From positions 36,518,001 to 36,582,000 of the forward strand of contig OX597815.1 of the NCBI GenBank assembly GCA_951406725.2: DNA of 64,000 nt, in the 5' to 3' direction. Below, in pieces: positions 12,856 to 26,345 of this stretch. Below the pieces are notes generated by a model, which was not told where the DNA came from, made no database searches, and saw nothing but the letters and a program-made list of their open reading frames with translations. Both the position numbers and the translations under genes were made by a program. Position 1 is the stretch's first letter. Every line of letters begins with the position of its first letter. Origin of the DNA: Octopus vulgaris (taxonomy: Eukaryota).

Positions 12856-13962
12856 CGAGGTGGCATCAAAAAGTTCCCGGACCAGTTCCGTAGCGCGCCA
12901 ACAGATGGCAGCACACAGTTGTATGCACACTGAGTGCTAGCAGTGACTTTCATGAAGCAGTGTGCTGAGTGACATCGCTGTGTTAACTTCGCAAGTTGTG
13001 AAATTTGTGTTTTTGGGATAACATGTATGCTGTAGTCTGCAATTTTGTTATGGTCAGGAAGTTGGAACAAAGAACCAAAGTGAATTTTGCATTAACCCTT
13101 TTGTTACCATATTTATTTTGAGATGTTCTGTCTTTCTTTCAATTACTTTAAATATAACAAAGAATTTAGTAAAACAACTTTGTTGTCATTCAGCTAGTGT
13201 TAGGAACATAAATTGTGACTAAAGTTTGGTGGAAGATTTTAATTCAAAATTTACGAAAACAAGACATTTGTACTCAGAGCCAGAGCTGGTTTCAGCCGGG
13301 TTGGTAATGAAAGGGTTAAACTTGGGCAATCTGCCAGAGAGACATTGAACATGCTTTGGTAAACTTATGGCGATGAGGCAATGGGTTGAACACAATGTTT
13401 CAAGTGGCATGAGTGCTTGAAAAGCAGAAGAACATCCCTAGAAGACTTGCCATTAGTGTCACCCCAAGAAATGTGAAGAAAGTTCATCAGCTTGTACACG
13501 AGGATTGTCAGAGAACAATCAACATTACTGATGTTATTGGTCAGCTGTCTGGGTCCATGCAGGCAATCCTAACGTCTGGATTCTTCACGACAACAATGTA
13601 CCCTGTCACTGAGCTCTCTTCATTCATGAGTTTCTTGCCAACAACAATATAACATCACTTCTACACCTGCCCTGTTCACCAGATTTAGCTCCTGTGGACT
13701 TCCATCTCTTCACTTAGATGAAAATGCAGCTCAAAGTTTTGCTGTTTTAACACCATGTTGAGATCTAGAACAAATCCTAGAAGGTCTTTTACTCGCTTAT
13801 GGAAAACAACTTCCAAGATGAATTCCAAAAGTGCAGGAATGCTGGGACCTGTGTATTGCTGCACAAGGGGGCTATTTTGGAGGAGATGATGTTAAAACTT
13901 AGGTAGATAAGTTATTTTTTTATTAAACGTAATTAGTCCAGGAACTTTTTGATACCACCTCA
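12856..13962 (+). mobile_element. Mariner element with TIRs, internally deleted and decayed
   Basis: TA|CGAGGTGGCATCAAAAAGTTCC ... GGAACTTTTTGATACCACCTCA|TA. A SPDLAP-like remnant lies near 13680. Confidence 0.9.
13096..13315. mobile_element. piggyBac-type MITE nested in mariner
   Basis: TTAA|CCCTTTTGTTACCA ... TGGTAATGAAAGGG|TTAA. Confidence 0.85.
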
Positions 13963-14077
13963 TATGTAGATACATGCATATGTAATACATGTATACATAT
14001 ATATGTACGTGTATATATATATATGTATGTATGTATATATATATATATATATATATATTTATTTATTATATAGAAGG

Positions 14078-14128
14078 AGCTTCTACAGGACTAGTACTGT
14101 TTCATTCAAGAGAAATCTTCAGGAAGCT
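14078..14128 (-). ncRNA. Type I hammerhead ribozyme motif (left palindrome arm)
   Basis: Reverse complement of the 14869-14919 motif. Confidence 0.55.
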
Positions 14129-14661
14129 ATTTAACAAGAATTGTATTAGCATTTATACATTTAGGCAGGTTTAAAGGAGTGGTGGTGGTGGACTTTTTTG
14201 GGGGTAGGCATAGCGCAAAATATCATACTTGGGGGAGTGGTCAAGGAGTCAGTGGTAAGTTAGATGAAAGAATAGATAAATAAAAAAATAAAAAAATAAT
14301 AAAAAAATAAAAAAATAAAAAAATAAAAAAATAAAAAAATAAAAAAAAATAAAAAAATAAAAAATATATATAAAAAATATATATATAAAAAATATATATA
14401 TAAAAAAGGGGGATAGAGTTATAGGTAAATAAGGAGATTCTCACTTATACCTATACACACATGTGTATACGTATCTACACACACATATATGTGTGTGTAT
14501 ATATGTGTGTGTAGATACGTATACACATGTGTGTATAGGTATAAGTGAGAATCTCCTTATTTACCTATAACTCTATCCCCCCTTTTTTTATATATATATT
14601 TTTTATATATATATTTTTTATATATATTTTTATTTTTTTATTTATTTTTTATTTATTTATT

Positions 14662-14699
<38 letters not shown>

Positions 14700-14868
14700 T
14701 ATTTTTTTATTTTTTTATTTATCTATTCTTTCATCTAACTTACCACTGACTCCTTGACCACTCCCCCAAGTATGATATTTTGCGCTATGCCTACCCCCAA
14801 AAAGTCCCCCACCACCACTCCTTTAAACCTGCCTAAATGTATAAATGCTAATACAATTCTTGTTAAAT

Positions 14869-14919
14869 AGCTTCCTGAAGATTTCTCTTGAATGAAACAG
14901 TACTAGTCCTGTAGAAGCT
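14869..14919 (+). ncRNA. Type I hammerhead ribozyme motif (right palindrome arm)
   Basis: AGCTTC-CTGAAGA-t-ttc-tctt-gaa-t-GAAA-cag-tactagtc-ctg-TA-GAAGCT. Stem I has 6 bp, the triplet is GUA, stem III is near-palindromic. The stem II closing pair is U-U (non-canonical). Confidence 0.55.
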
Positions 14920-14999
14920 CCTTCTATATAATAAATTAATTTTACTCTGCTATGTATTGAGTACCTTACTTACTGTGGTTAACCCCGAATCAACCCGGG

Positions 15000-15039
<40 letters not shown>

Positions 15040-15043
<4 letters not shown>

Positions 15044-15537
15044 GAAAGAATGGAGTCATACGAAGATGTTAACAAAATTCCTTTACTCTCAATATATGTT
15101 TCGAAGACAACATGTTTTCATTCCAAAGGAATAAAGGGTGCATTATGCAATCTTCTTATCAGGAAAGAAAGGGAGCCTCTCTCGACAACAAGACAAACAA
15201 AAATTTCGATGACGGCCTACATTCTCTGAAAGGGAAAAGAAGAATATTTCATAAAATTTCTGTGTCTGAAACTAACCGGAAATAGTCAACAACAATTTTA
15301 CTGAAAACAACTTTCATGCTGTATATAACGCGTGCTTGAAAACGTTAAGGACTGAAAGCACTTGCACATTTATAAAAGCAAAGCCTACACAAATTTTGTG
15401 AAATCTCTTGCCAAAGGTTAGTGTCTTTTGACTTTCTAAAAAGGTTCGTTTCTCAATCTTTAGCTCTGAGAAAAAAAGAAAAAAAATCTTCTCTCCAAAT
15501 ATTATAACTGTATCAACGAATTTCCAAAACAATCTAA

Positions 15538-15540
<3 letters not shown>
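15040..15540 (-). mobile_element. Penelope-like fragment with mutated hammerhead
   Basis: Same family as 30366-30560. Core reads CTGATAA ... GAAACATATAT. Confidence 0.6.
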
Positions 15541-15568
<28 letters not shown>

Positions 15569-16759
15569 TGTATGCATGTAAGCATGTATGTATGTATATC
15601 ACTGTTGCATATGGCAAGTTCTCAGATTTTAGTGAGGGTAAAAATGTATGTGAATGTTCTAATGCTTATATTCATGGTGCAGTCAGCCAGTATGCTAGAA
15701 CAAATCTGCATTCATGAGGGCACAAACAGAAAACCTCACTCTTACAGTTAAGTAGATGCTTAGGAGAAAAGGGTTCTTTAGTATGATCCTTTCATTAGCC
15801 AAACAGAGTCTGCACCACCTACTACTGTTAAAGTAAGGTTTACTCTTTGTAGGTAGCTGCATTAATAAACTACAGACTTGTTAATAGCGTTTCATTTTGA
15901 TACTATAGTTGAAGGACCACAGGACACTTGTACATTTAATTTTCTTGCATTTTGGCTTGATTTTTGCTCCTGGATACACTTCCTATCATCAATCACCTTA
16001 CAAAGTCTACTAAGTGCATTTTATCAATACACCTGCACCAGAGAGCACCTTTCGTTTAACCAAAGAATAATTAGTTATACTTTGGTTAATTATTAAAAGA
16101 GCACTCTGCCAATCCAAGGTATTTACATCAAATTGATGTTATAATTTTCAGAGCGAATAACAATAATTTTGAGGAAAAGAGAAGTAAAATCAGAAGTTAA
16201 ACATTGATGTAGCTTCTTTTTACCTCAATTAAAGTTGTATGTATGTATGTATGTATGTATGTATGAATGTATGTATTATGTATGTATGTATGTATGTATG
16301 TATGTATATTTCTCTTTTGTTTTTACTTGTTTAAATTCTTCCTTTACAAAAGGAGCTGGTTTCTTACAAAGATACAAAGCTCCATCATTTGAATGTAGAT
16401 AACGCAAACAATCTCACATTTTAAACCTGAGAAAAGTCTTGCATAGTTTTTCTGTACTGCTTACAGACTGTATTTATAATGTGCAAGTCAGTTGGTTGAT
16501 TTCTTTTTCTGAAAATCCAAGCTTATCCAGACTGACAGTCAGGCAGTCTTCTTAGGTGGAGCTGTTCAATATCATTATTTCTGTGGAGATTTCCAGTTGA
16601 TGTTAGAATCTTGTGGGTTTTAACGTCTATGGAGTGGATTTCTTCTACAGACCAATCAAATATCCCAAATATTGGAATCAGTACTGGAACTGTAAATGTA
16701 TTGTAGGATACTGTCTTGTTGCAAGAGGAGAGTTCTGACTGCTATATATTTCTAAGTCT

Positions 16760-16950
16760 GTGCCGGTGGCATGTAAAAAGCACCCACTACACTCACGGAG
16801 TAGTTGGCGTTAGGAAGGGCATTCAGCCGTAGAAGCATTGCCAGATCAGATTGGGCCTGGTGCAGCCTTCTGGCTTCCCAGACCCCAGTTGAACTGTCCA
16901 ACCCATGCTAGCATGGAAAGCGGACATTAAACGATGATGATGATGATGAT
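16760..16950 (+). mobile_element. Family A short retroelement with (GAT)n tail
   Basis: gtgccggtggca...aggaagggcattcagccgtag...catggaaagcggacattaaacgatgatg. Confidence 0.85.
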
Positions 16951-17559
16951 ATAATTTTCTTGGGTCTTTATTCATAGCACCTTCATATATGTCTTCATCA
17001 ATGCCTAGGTACTTGTAGCATTGTTTGTATGATGACCTGGTTTTGGCTCTGGGGGACTGATTTTCCTTTTACAACAACCAAATATAAACATTTCTTTTGG
17101 TCAAATTCCATTTCTGTGTCAGCTAAAAATCTTATTAATTCCAGCTGTTTTTTGGCATTGTTAACATTTTTAGTATAAATCTTCAGGTCATCCTCAAAGA
17201 AATTATGAGTTATATTAATACCTCTAGCAGTTGCTAAACCTAGTACGTAGCTATTTGCTTTTTGTAGCAGGAATGATAATGGATTTAATGCCAAAATTAG
17301 CAGAATTACTGAAAGATTTTCTGCTTGGAATATTTCCTTTGAAATATTTATGGCAATGGAGATTAACATTCTGATCTTTGTTCTAAGTGTGAAAATTGTT
17401 ACCAGGTCTTTGTGGGTTTCTCAATGGCAGCAATTAAGATAGCAGGCACTTTTTCCAAATGGAGACACTTCACCAGCCATGAGTAGGGAATAGAGTCAAA
17501 TGTCTTCCTATAATCAAGCCATACTGCTGTAAGGATCTTACAATGTTTATTTTGGTGGA

Positions 17560-18030
17560 TTTCTGCTTTATGCATGGCAAATAACTTCTCATAAGTTTTT
17601 GACTTTTTGGAATTTTCAGAAAATGTTTGTGAATTTTGGTTCTACACACAAGAAATCATATGAGTGCAAAAACCAAAAAAAAAAAATTCTTGTGGGATTT
17701 AAGGAGTATTTTATTTAGCTGTTATTTTTAGCACATCTCACAACCACCTTATACTGTCCTTGTTTGTCACTGACATATTGATGTTTTTCAATATCTTTCT
17801 TGCCATAAACACATTTAATGATCTATTGCTGGGATTTAAGCCAAAAATTTGGACTGTCTGTATTTTGACCTGTGATTTAAAAACCAAAAAGTTCTAAAAA
17901 TTATTATTATTATTATTATTTGCATAGTTGTATGATTTCCTGTGTGTCGAGCACAAATTTGCAAGTTTTCTGAAAATTCCCCAAAATAAAAAAAGTTACA
18001 AGGGATTATTTGTTGTTTATAAAGCAGAAT
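17560..18030. mobile_element. MITE-like element with long degenerate TIRs
   Basis: ttctgctttat...ggaattttcagaaaa versus ttttctgaaaattcc...ataaagcagaa. Confidence 0.5.
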
Positions 18031-18409
18031 TCCTGGAGAAGCTGGTTTCAGCAGCTTATGTACAGTTTATATATAATGCTTAGGAAAGCAATAGGCCTGC
18101 AGTTTTCAGGCAACTTGGTAGTTTCATTCTGGGTTACAAAATTCGTCCATGCCATAGCAAACTAATTTGATATGTCAGTCTGACCTTCCATAGTACTTTT
18201 GAATATACTTATTAGTGGTTTCCTGTAAACTGTAAGCCTCTTATACCATTGTCCAACTATTAGGTCCTTTCCAGGTGTCTTCCCATTATGCAGTTTGTCT
18301 ACAGCTGTGGTGAAAGTTTCTAGGTCAATTGCATGTTTTACTGTTGATGCTATTCTCTGTGTGTATGTATGTATGTATGTATGTTGTGTATGTATGTGAG
18401 AGGGCATAG

Positions 18410-18923
18410 CTATTGATCGTAGCAGGTGGAGAAGGATTGTGCACGAGAGGACAGCTACTTTTGAGAAATCTTGAGTTGCACATGAGAAAGTAAGGAGGGA
18501 TGTCAGGAAGGGCATAGCTGTTACACTTCCAGATGGGAAGGGTCTTCTTATGATGCTGACATGCAGTGTCTGTGCAAGACCCTGCCTCAGTAAAGCTAGA
18601 CTCAAGAGTCATCTTCGTAGTCACAAAGCGAGACAGATGAGTGACAACCTGACCACTGATGGTGGTGTTACACACCATACTAATCATATCTGTCAGGCAT
18701 GTGGAAGAGAGTGTAATTCGGCAGGAGGACTTAAACGACATGCAAAGGTACATGAAACCCAGTTACAACTACAGCCAGCTATTGCTGATAAAGATTTTAG
18801 CTGCCAATTCTGTACAAGACATTGTAGATCTTTAGCTGGGCTAAAAAGTCACATTCGATCACAGCACCAATAACAGTTAAGCTTCGTGCAATGGCCATAC
18901 TCGATAATGAGGGGGCAGCCATC
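18410..18923 (+). mobile_element. RTE-clade LINE 3' end with three C-terminal C2H2 fingers
   Basis: DRSRWRRIVHE-type post-RT motif followed by three CxxC...HxxxH repeats (ORF 18550-18873), a short 3' UTR and a (TATG)n tract. Confidence 0.65.
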
Positions 18924-21504
18924 ATGTATGTATGTATGTATGTATGCAAGTATGTATGTATGTATGTATGTATGTATGTATGTATGTATGTATGTATGTA
19001 TGTATGTATGTATGTATGTATGTATGCATGCATGCATGTATGTATGTGTGTGTGTGTATGTATGTATGTATTTGTGCATGTTTGCATGTGTCCTTTTGAC
19101 GTCACATGATGTAAGCAAGCATACAAGTGGTGTTGTTCATTTCCAGTCTTCCATGAAAACATGTCTGCCTGCCTATGTGGGAAATACTACTTTTCCTGAA
19201 AACAGGTGAGGGTTGGCAATAGGAAGGGCATCTGGCAGTAGAAATTCCATCTGACCCATTTGAGCATAGAAAAATGAATATTACATGATTATTTTATATT
19301 GGTGTAAGCATATTTGATATATGAGCCTGGTGTAGCCTTCTGGCTTGCTACTCTTCAGTCAAACCGTCCAACCCATGCCAGCAAGGAAAGCAGACATTAA
19401 ATGATGATGACAAAGCATGAGAAAGCTAACTAAAGATTACTCTAAGATGAGGAAAAAAAACAGTATTAATCTTAAACTAATTACATCCTTTTTCTGGCAA
19501 GTACAGATTTTTTTTTGTTGTTAGCTCTTTCTTGTTGTTTTTTTTTTACAGGAGCCAAATCAAAATATATTTTGATCTTTTCTAATTGGTGCAACACAAA
19601 AGTTTCAGCTTATTTACTATTTACTGATTTGAAATACTATCCTGATCAATTGAACTTAAACTTAAACTTAAGGTTCAACAACAAACAGTTGCTGACCTAT
19701 TGTACCTTAGGGTAACTCAACGTGTAAAAGAACGTTAGGGTCACTATCTATAACAAATTAACAGAAACTCTTTACCTTTCTCAGTGTAACACAACTACCT
19801 ACAATATCTTCAGTCACCAGTTGTTACCAGTTATCCTTCCCCCAAGAACTTATACATTGCCAAAATAGATTTGAAGCTGAAGAAATTGAAGATGAAAACT
19901 GAGCGAGTAGCAAGGGGAAAGGAAGTGCAGAAGAAATACTGCACCTCCCCCATCCATAGTTAAAGGTCAGGTATGATACAAGAGAAAACACATATATCAA
20001 AGTAAGAAAGGAAGCAGATGTGTGGAGATGAGGAAGAGATGAAATGTTCCATGTTTTATAGGTGGGTGGGAGTCAAAGGAAGAATTATAGAAATTGCTAG
20101 ATACTCTGTCATTACCACAGTTAACTGCTTTGCTTGGCTAATGTTATATGGAAGAGGTTACAGTGATGAGGGAAAAGTTGAGGAAGAGCCGGGTGTGCTT
20201 AAGTTGTTGATTGGGTTGTATGAGTGACTGGTGAATGGTGTAATGTTTTATTGCTTGGTGTGATGTTTAACCTTATCAAAGCAGACCTATTATGATCGAA
20301 GACATTCCAGCCATGGCCATCATTTATTTTTATTTATTTATCCATTTTGTTTTTGCTTTGCAGAGAATATAGGACCATGTTATCCAACATATCCTTTTTT
20401 AAGCTGATACAGTGTGATCTAATCAGATTTTGCTGCTATTTCTAGCAGGTAGAGTAACCACATAAAGACTCATTGAGCAAGGTGATGTGATGGGATGTGA
20501 TGACTTACACTCATTGTAAGATCAGGTTTGTTATTTTTTTCTTTCTATCAATATCTTTACTGCGTATTTTCTAAGAGTTCACACTAATTGTTTTACATCT
20601 AGGACAAGCAACATATATATACGGTCTGGTCAGCATCCAGGACAATACCTGTTAGGGAAGCCTTCATTCATCAACATATAGCATTCATTAATATGTTGAA
20701 TTCTCCATCAGTCTATTCTACCATTTCAGTAACAACCTCTGCTCTCCTAAACTGGAAATATGAGTACCACTTCCAATAAATGCAACATCCAATGCGCTTG
20801 CTGCCCAACTTTATGTAATTCTATGTAATCTGTTTTAGATCACATGTATAAAAAACCCTATTCTAACCATTTCTTCTCATCTTCCCATTACTATGTCTTT
20901 TTTTCCTCCCTTCTCCCATCCTCATGCCCATAGGAATTTACTCTCGCTACTGTATGAAGATAATAATCCCTCCTAGGGAGATAGAAAAATTCTATGGGTG
21001 TTCATCAAAGTTGTCAAAGCCTCTTTTGTTTGTCCTATATCTATTATAAGTCCTTGTGTATTTGGTGTTTATATTATTTCTAACAGAGATACCCAGCCTT
21101 ACTCAGGATTAAAATGGCATAGTTTTTTTTAATTATTTTACTTGTTTCGGTCATATGACAAATCCACCACGGGATTTATTCTTTGCAAGCCTAGTACTTA
21201 TTCTATCAGAGTCTTTTGCTGAACCGCTAAGCTATAGGAATGTAAGCACAGCAACATCAGTTGTCAAGCAATTGTGGGGTACAAACACAGGTACACACAT
21301 GCACACACACAAATATACACATATATATATAATAGTCTTCTATCAGTTTCTGTGTACAAAATATACTCACAAGGCTTTGGTTGGCCTGAGGCTATAACCA
21401 CCAGGAGAGTGTCATCCATAAGCTAAAATGATGCAAAGTGCATTGCGATCAGTGATTTATAACAATATCTGATAGTCTGATCTGTTATGTGATCACGATA
21501 TTTA

Positions 21505-21979
21505 CAGTGATCCCTCGTTTATCGCGGTAGATTGGTTCCGAGACCAGCCGCGATAACTGAATTTCCGTGAAGTAGGGACACCATATTTACAGTATTTATT
21601 TAATGTGTATTTGGACTTTTAAAACCCTCCCTGTACTGTTAACAACCCACCCAAGGACAACTGTTAAGCAATAACACTTTAGATTTTAAAAAATAAAGAT
21701 TGTTACTTGTTACACAGGCCAGATTACAAAATAGAAAGCTGTGATTCGTCGTCTCTTTCCATTGCACCAATCACAACCTGTCTTAAGTTCAAATACCTCT
21801 GTATATGCTGTTTTGCTATTTTACGCTTGTTTTGTTGTTCCTAGACTAGGAAATAATATTTATTATTAATATTTTAATGGATTTAATGAAAAAGTTTAGG
21901 CGTTCATATATATATATTTTAAAAATCTGTGGAGTCATGAATCTGCAATAGTTGAACCATAAAGTAGCAAGGATCACTG
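21505..21979. mobile_element. Tigger/pogo-like MITE
   Basis: TA|CAGTGATCCCT ... AAGGATCACTG|TA. Confidence 0.8.
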
Positions 21980-22574
21980 TATTAGATATTGAACAAAGGT
22001 CAGTGACTGAGCATTTAAATTTCTTGACTATAAGGTATTCAGATATGAGTTACAGATGCTTCACAAATATAGTATTTTATATATACAAGGTGAAGCATAT
22101 TACACTATTTGATTTAATGACTGAACTGGACATAGTTTCTGCTACTCATAACCCATAGCTAAGAAATATCCTGTCAACAGTTTGTTGGAACATTCTAGTG
22201 AAATGAAATAATTTTAATACACTGCTTCCGTTATATAAATAATGGAAGCACCAAGAATGAAACTGCTTGTAAAGTGGAATACAAATGTATTAACTACTAC
22301 AGTAAGAAGTTCTCATTCACATGACATTGGTTGTGAAATGGTGTATTCTGGGATATTGGTCTAGAAACAGTACAAGAAGACCACTTCTACATAGCACACT
22401 TGCTCCTGTAGAATGTAAACATATGTGAAGTCTTATTGACATTAAAAAGATAAAATTAATGGAAAATTTTCCATAACACATTTGCGTTTTACAATGTTAG
22501 CATGAAACACTTTGGGATTCAAAGAGGAGAAATAAATGAAGATTTTTAAATAAAGATAAAACTCTTTAAATTGT

Positions 22575-22895
22575 TTCAGCTTTAAAGCTGCAGTCATGCT
22601 GGGGCACTACTGTTGGCTGTGCTACACCTTCATTATTTGAAACCTCCTCTGATGTGTGGTATCTGGTAAATGAGGGAGTTTGATGCTGCTGTCCTCATCT
22701 GTATTTCCTGCTGTGAGGTAGGCTCATCTGGAACCCTTGACAGGAAGAGATCCAGTTTTGTTTTGAAGACACCTACATCCACACCTTGCAGGTTTCTCAG
22801 GTATTTTAGAAGGATATTGAAGAGCTGTGGGCCCTTGAAACCCAAAATGTTGCAGTATCTGGTCCTGTATTTTGATGGCAATGTTGGGATCTTAT
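22575..22895 (-). mobile_element. CR1/L2-like LINE 3' end
   Basis: GPQLFN...FKTKLDLFLSRVPDEP...AASNSL C-terminal motif. Confidence 0.75.
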
Positions 22896-23182
22896 GAATA
22901 TTTACCTCAGTCTCAACCCCACCATAATGAGTTTAGATCTCACTTGCTCTAATGTGCTATGTTATCTTGCAAGCTAGATTACTTTGTTTGTTTCATTTCT
23001 GTCAAGCTCAATTACATTTCAGTTCTATTTTCTTATTTCTGGGGGATAAAGAACATGTGGCCTAATGGTTGATTCATTATCATAAGGCTGTAAGTTTAAT
23101 TTCTGGACAAGGCAATGTATTGCATTCTTGAGCAGGGCACTTCATTTCCTACTGTTCCAGTCTACTCTGTTGTAAAAATTAC

Positions 23183-23291
23183 CAGCTGGTTGCTGGTGCA
23201 GCTCACTTTTTCATCAAGTGTCACATCTTGAATGTTCAACAGGTTCAAGGCTGAAGAGGCCAAAAGAGTGTTGGTCTGCTCTTTATTATAT
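23183..23291 (-). CDS. Candidate internal exon (YNKEQTNTLLASSALNLLNIQDVTLDEKVSCTSNQL)
   Basis: Branch-like gctaat, acceptor tgttttAG and donor CTG|GTAATT. 109 nt with only one open frame (phase 2 to 0). Confidence 0.6.
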
Positions 23292-24372
23292 CTAAAACAA
23301 TTAGCAAAAACATGGTGCAAGTTACCAAACCATATTTGCTCAGGTGAGATGGCTGGCTTTACTTTTGTATTTCTGATGAGTATCAACATTAAATAATCAA
23401 AATTTGACATCTCTGGTTCTTTTAAATCAGTTTATGTAAAGCACACACACTACTTCTACTGCATTGTTATACATACTTTCTGGGACACTGAGTTAAGCAA
23501 TCCTTGTACCCATACTATAACATCATCACCATCACCATCATTTCATGTGCATTTTCCATGATGGCCTGGGTTGGACTGTCTGACAAAATCTGATGAGCTG
23601 CAGGGCTGCATTGAGTTCCAGTGTCAACTTTGGCATAGTGTCTACAGCTGGATGCCTTCCTAAAACCAACCACTTTATAGGATGTACTGGATGCTTTCTT
23701 TGTGCTTTTAGCAATAGCAAGGTTGCCAAGTAACTTGCAAGACAGGAAAAGAATACATTAATGCTTCCTTAACTAAATGGAGGCAGGGAAGATGGCATTA
23801 TGCCAGGCTTTGAGAGGCTAGAGTATGACAGAGTAGAGCTCAACAACATTTTGTCACTTATATTCTTTTCAAAATTCAACGGTACACCTGAACTAAAAAT
23901 ATAACTAAAAGTATAGGGAAAAAATTATAATCAGGTTACACTGCAGCACACCTAATATCATCTCGTGGCACACCAGTGTGATGCAGCATACCAGTTACAG
24001 AGCACTGATAAAGGGACAAACTCAGGTGTCTTGCTACTCCACATTATTTAAGGCTGGGTGGGAGTAGCTGAAAGGAAGATCAAAATGGTAACAATGGGAT
24101 GTCAGAAATAGAGATGCAATGAACTATGCATTGAGTTACTGGATTTCTTTTTTGGGAATGGCAGTCTTGGTTATGTTACTGAGAAATTCTAAACTTTCAA
24201 AAACCATTCTTGTAGTGATGATACAGCAAAATGGTTTTTAAGTTTAATAAAAATATGAAATAAGCAAATTAATCTGATAAGAAGTTATCTGTCATTTATT
24301 AAAAGATTTTGATTATCTTAAAACAGACTTTGTTGGAATTTTAATTTATGTTTTAGACAATTATCATGGTAC

Positions 24373-24429
24373 CTCACTATTCTAAGCTGGGTGGCATGGA
24401 TAAAACATGTACAAAGGAAGATCTTGCGT
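24373..24429 (-). CDS. Candidate internal exon (RKIFLCTCFIHATQLRIVR)
   Basis: Acceptor tccttttacAG and donor GAG|GTACCA. Its only open frame joins 23291 in frame. Confidence 0.45.
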
Positions 24430-24702
24430 CTGTAAAAGGAATCCTTATTTCAATGCAAGAATTAGATTGGTATAAGAAAAAAAACTTTTATTTGGCTTTT
24501 GCAGCCAACAGCAAAACAGAATAAACAGAGTTTTTATGTGTCTGCATTCCTGAAACGAGACATAACTGGGGTAATTTTCAGGCTATTAACCATAAGTTTC
24601 TGATATATTCCCCAATCAGCTTCAGGACCCACATAATTATATGTGTGTGTAGGGGAGAGGGTGTTTATATATATACATATATATATACATATATACACAT
24701 AC

Positions 24703-24752
24703 TAATGTTTGTTTTTATGTTCAATTATAATTGAACATAAAAACAAACATTA
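24703..24752. repeat. Perfect 50-bp spacerless palindrome
   Basis: TAATGTTTGTTTTTATGTTCAATTA|TAATTGAACATAAAAACAAACATTA. Confidence 0.95.
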
Positions 24753-24785
24753 ATGTGTGTGTATGTATACACACACACACACACA

Positions 24786-25015
24786 TCATCATCATCATCA
24801 TCTTTTAATGTCCGCTTGCCATGCAAGCATGGGTTGGACGATTTGACTGAGGTCTGGCGAACCACATAGCTGCACCAGACTCCAGTCTGATCTGGCAGAG
24901 TTTCTACAGCTGGATGCCCTTCCTAATGCCAACCACTCCGAGAGTGTAGTGGGTGCTTTTACATACCACTGGCACGAGGGACAGTCTGGTGGTACTGGCA
25001 ACGACCATGCTCAGA
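24786..25015 (-). mobile_element. Family A short retroelement
   Basis: (CAT)n followed by the conserved family body. Confidence 0.85.
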
Positions 25016-25215
25016 ACTGATGTAATACTTACAGTGTTTAATAAAATGAAGTAGCATGAAACAATTGTACTACACTACCTTGGATATCCTTGTTGCTTAT
25101 TTTGATTATAATCACCCCATTTGATTTATATGGATAATACCATACAAAATTCTGGTGCCTTTAACTTAAGTACCATATTCATCTGAATCTAAATTTTGCT
25201 GAACTTATCTATCTG

Positions 25216-25855
<640 letters not shown>

Positions 25856-25859
25856 GGAT

Positions 25860-26135
25860 ACAAATTCCATTGATGTTCATCTATTTTGATTTGGTTTGAC
25901 TTGATTCGATTTGACTTTGACTTTCACTTGCCTCAACAGGTCTTCACAAGTGTCACAAGCAGGAAGGTATGCACAGGTGGACTGATTACGTCCCAGGTAG
26001 GGGCCACGGGTTATGGCTTCACTAGTCTTGCCGGGTCTTCTCACACACAGCATACTTTCATAGGTCTCGGTCTCTAGTCATTTCCATGGTGAGACCTAAC
26101 GTTCGAAGGTCGTGCTTCACCACCTTGTCCCAGGT
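25860..26135 (-). mobile_element. RTE LINE 3' end
   Basis: RGRPRKTWDKVVKHDLRTLGL on the minus strand. Confidence 0.75.
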
Positions 26136-26199
26136 TTTCCTGGGTCTACCTCTTATATATACACACACACATATATATGTGTGTGTGTGTGTGTGTATA

Positions 26200-26345
26200 G
26201 TAAACAAACAAAAATGAAGAACAAATACAAAAAAAATAACAATGCGAGGACGTGGTACATGTAAAGTATTAGCAGATGGTCAGGGAAGGAAAGAAAGGTG
26301 GCTTTATGTTTCGAGCAAAGCTCTTCTTCAGAAACAGAGGAATGT
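26200..26345 (-). mobile_element. Penelope-like fragment with minimal hammerhead motif
   Basis: gttt-CTGAAGA-a-gagc-ttt-gctc-GAAAC-ata-aag. Confidence 0.6.

Larger units (their letters stand above)
14061..14936. repeat. ~880-bp near-perfect palindrome (Penelope-like inverted repeat)
   Basis: Arms of about 430 bp with a spacer of about 8 nt at ~14491-14498. The arms differ mainly in the A/T-rich tract. Flanked by (TA)n. Confidence 0.95.
16430..18350 (-). mobile_element. Decayed R4/Dong-like non-LTR RT fragments, interrupted by a SINE and an IR element
   Basis: IFQAENLSVILLILALNPLSFLL and ITHNFFEDDLKIY (QGDSLS and YxDD-type regions). WLDYRKTFDSIP near 17490. KLHNGKTPGKDLI near 18270. Confidence 0.7.

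Noticed and set aside
16795-16845. ggag..gttggcgttaggaagggcat motif as a twister or HDV-like ribozyme
   Set aside because: The required pseudoknot pairings could not be built.
19552-19711. Plus-strand acceptor ttttacAG with an open frame to GG|GTAACT
   Set aside because: Isolated, AT-rich, with no partner plus-strand exons found.
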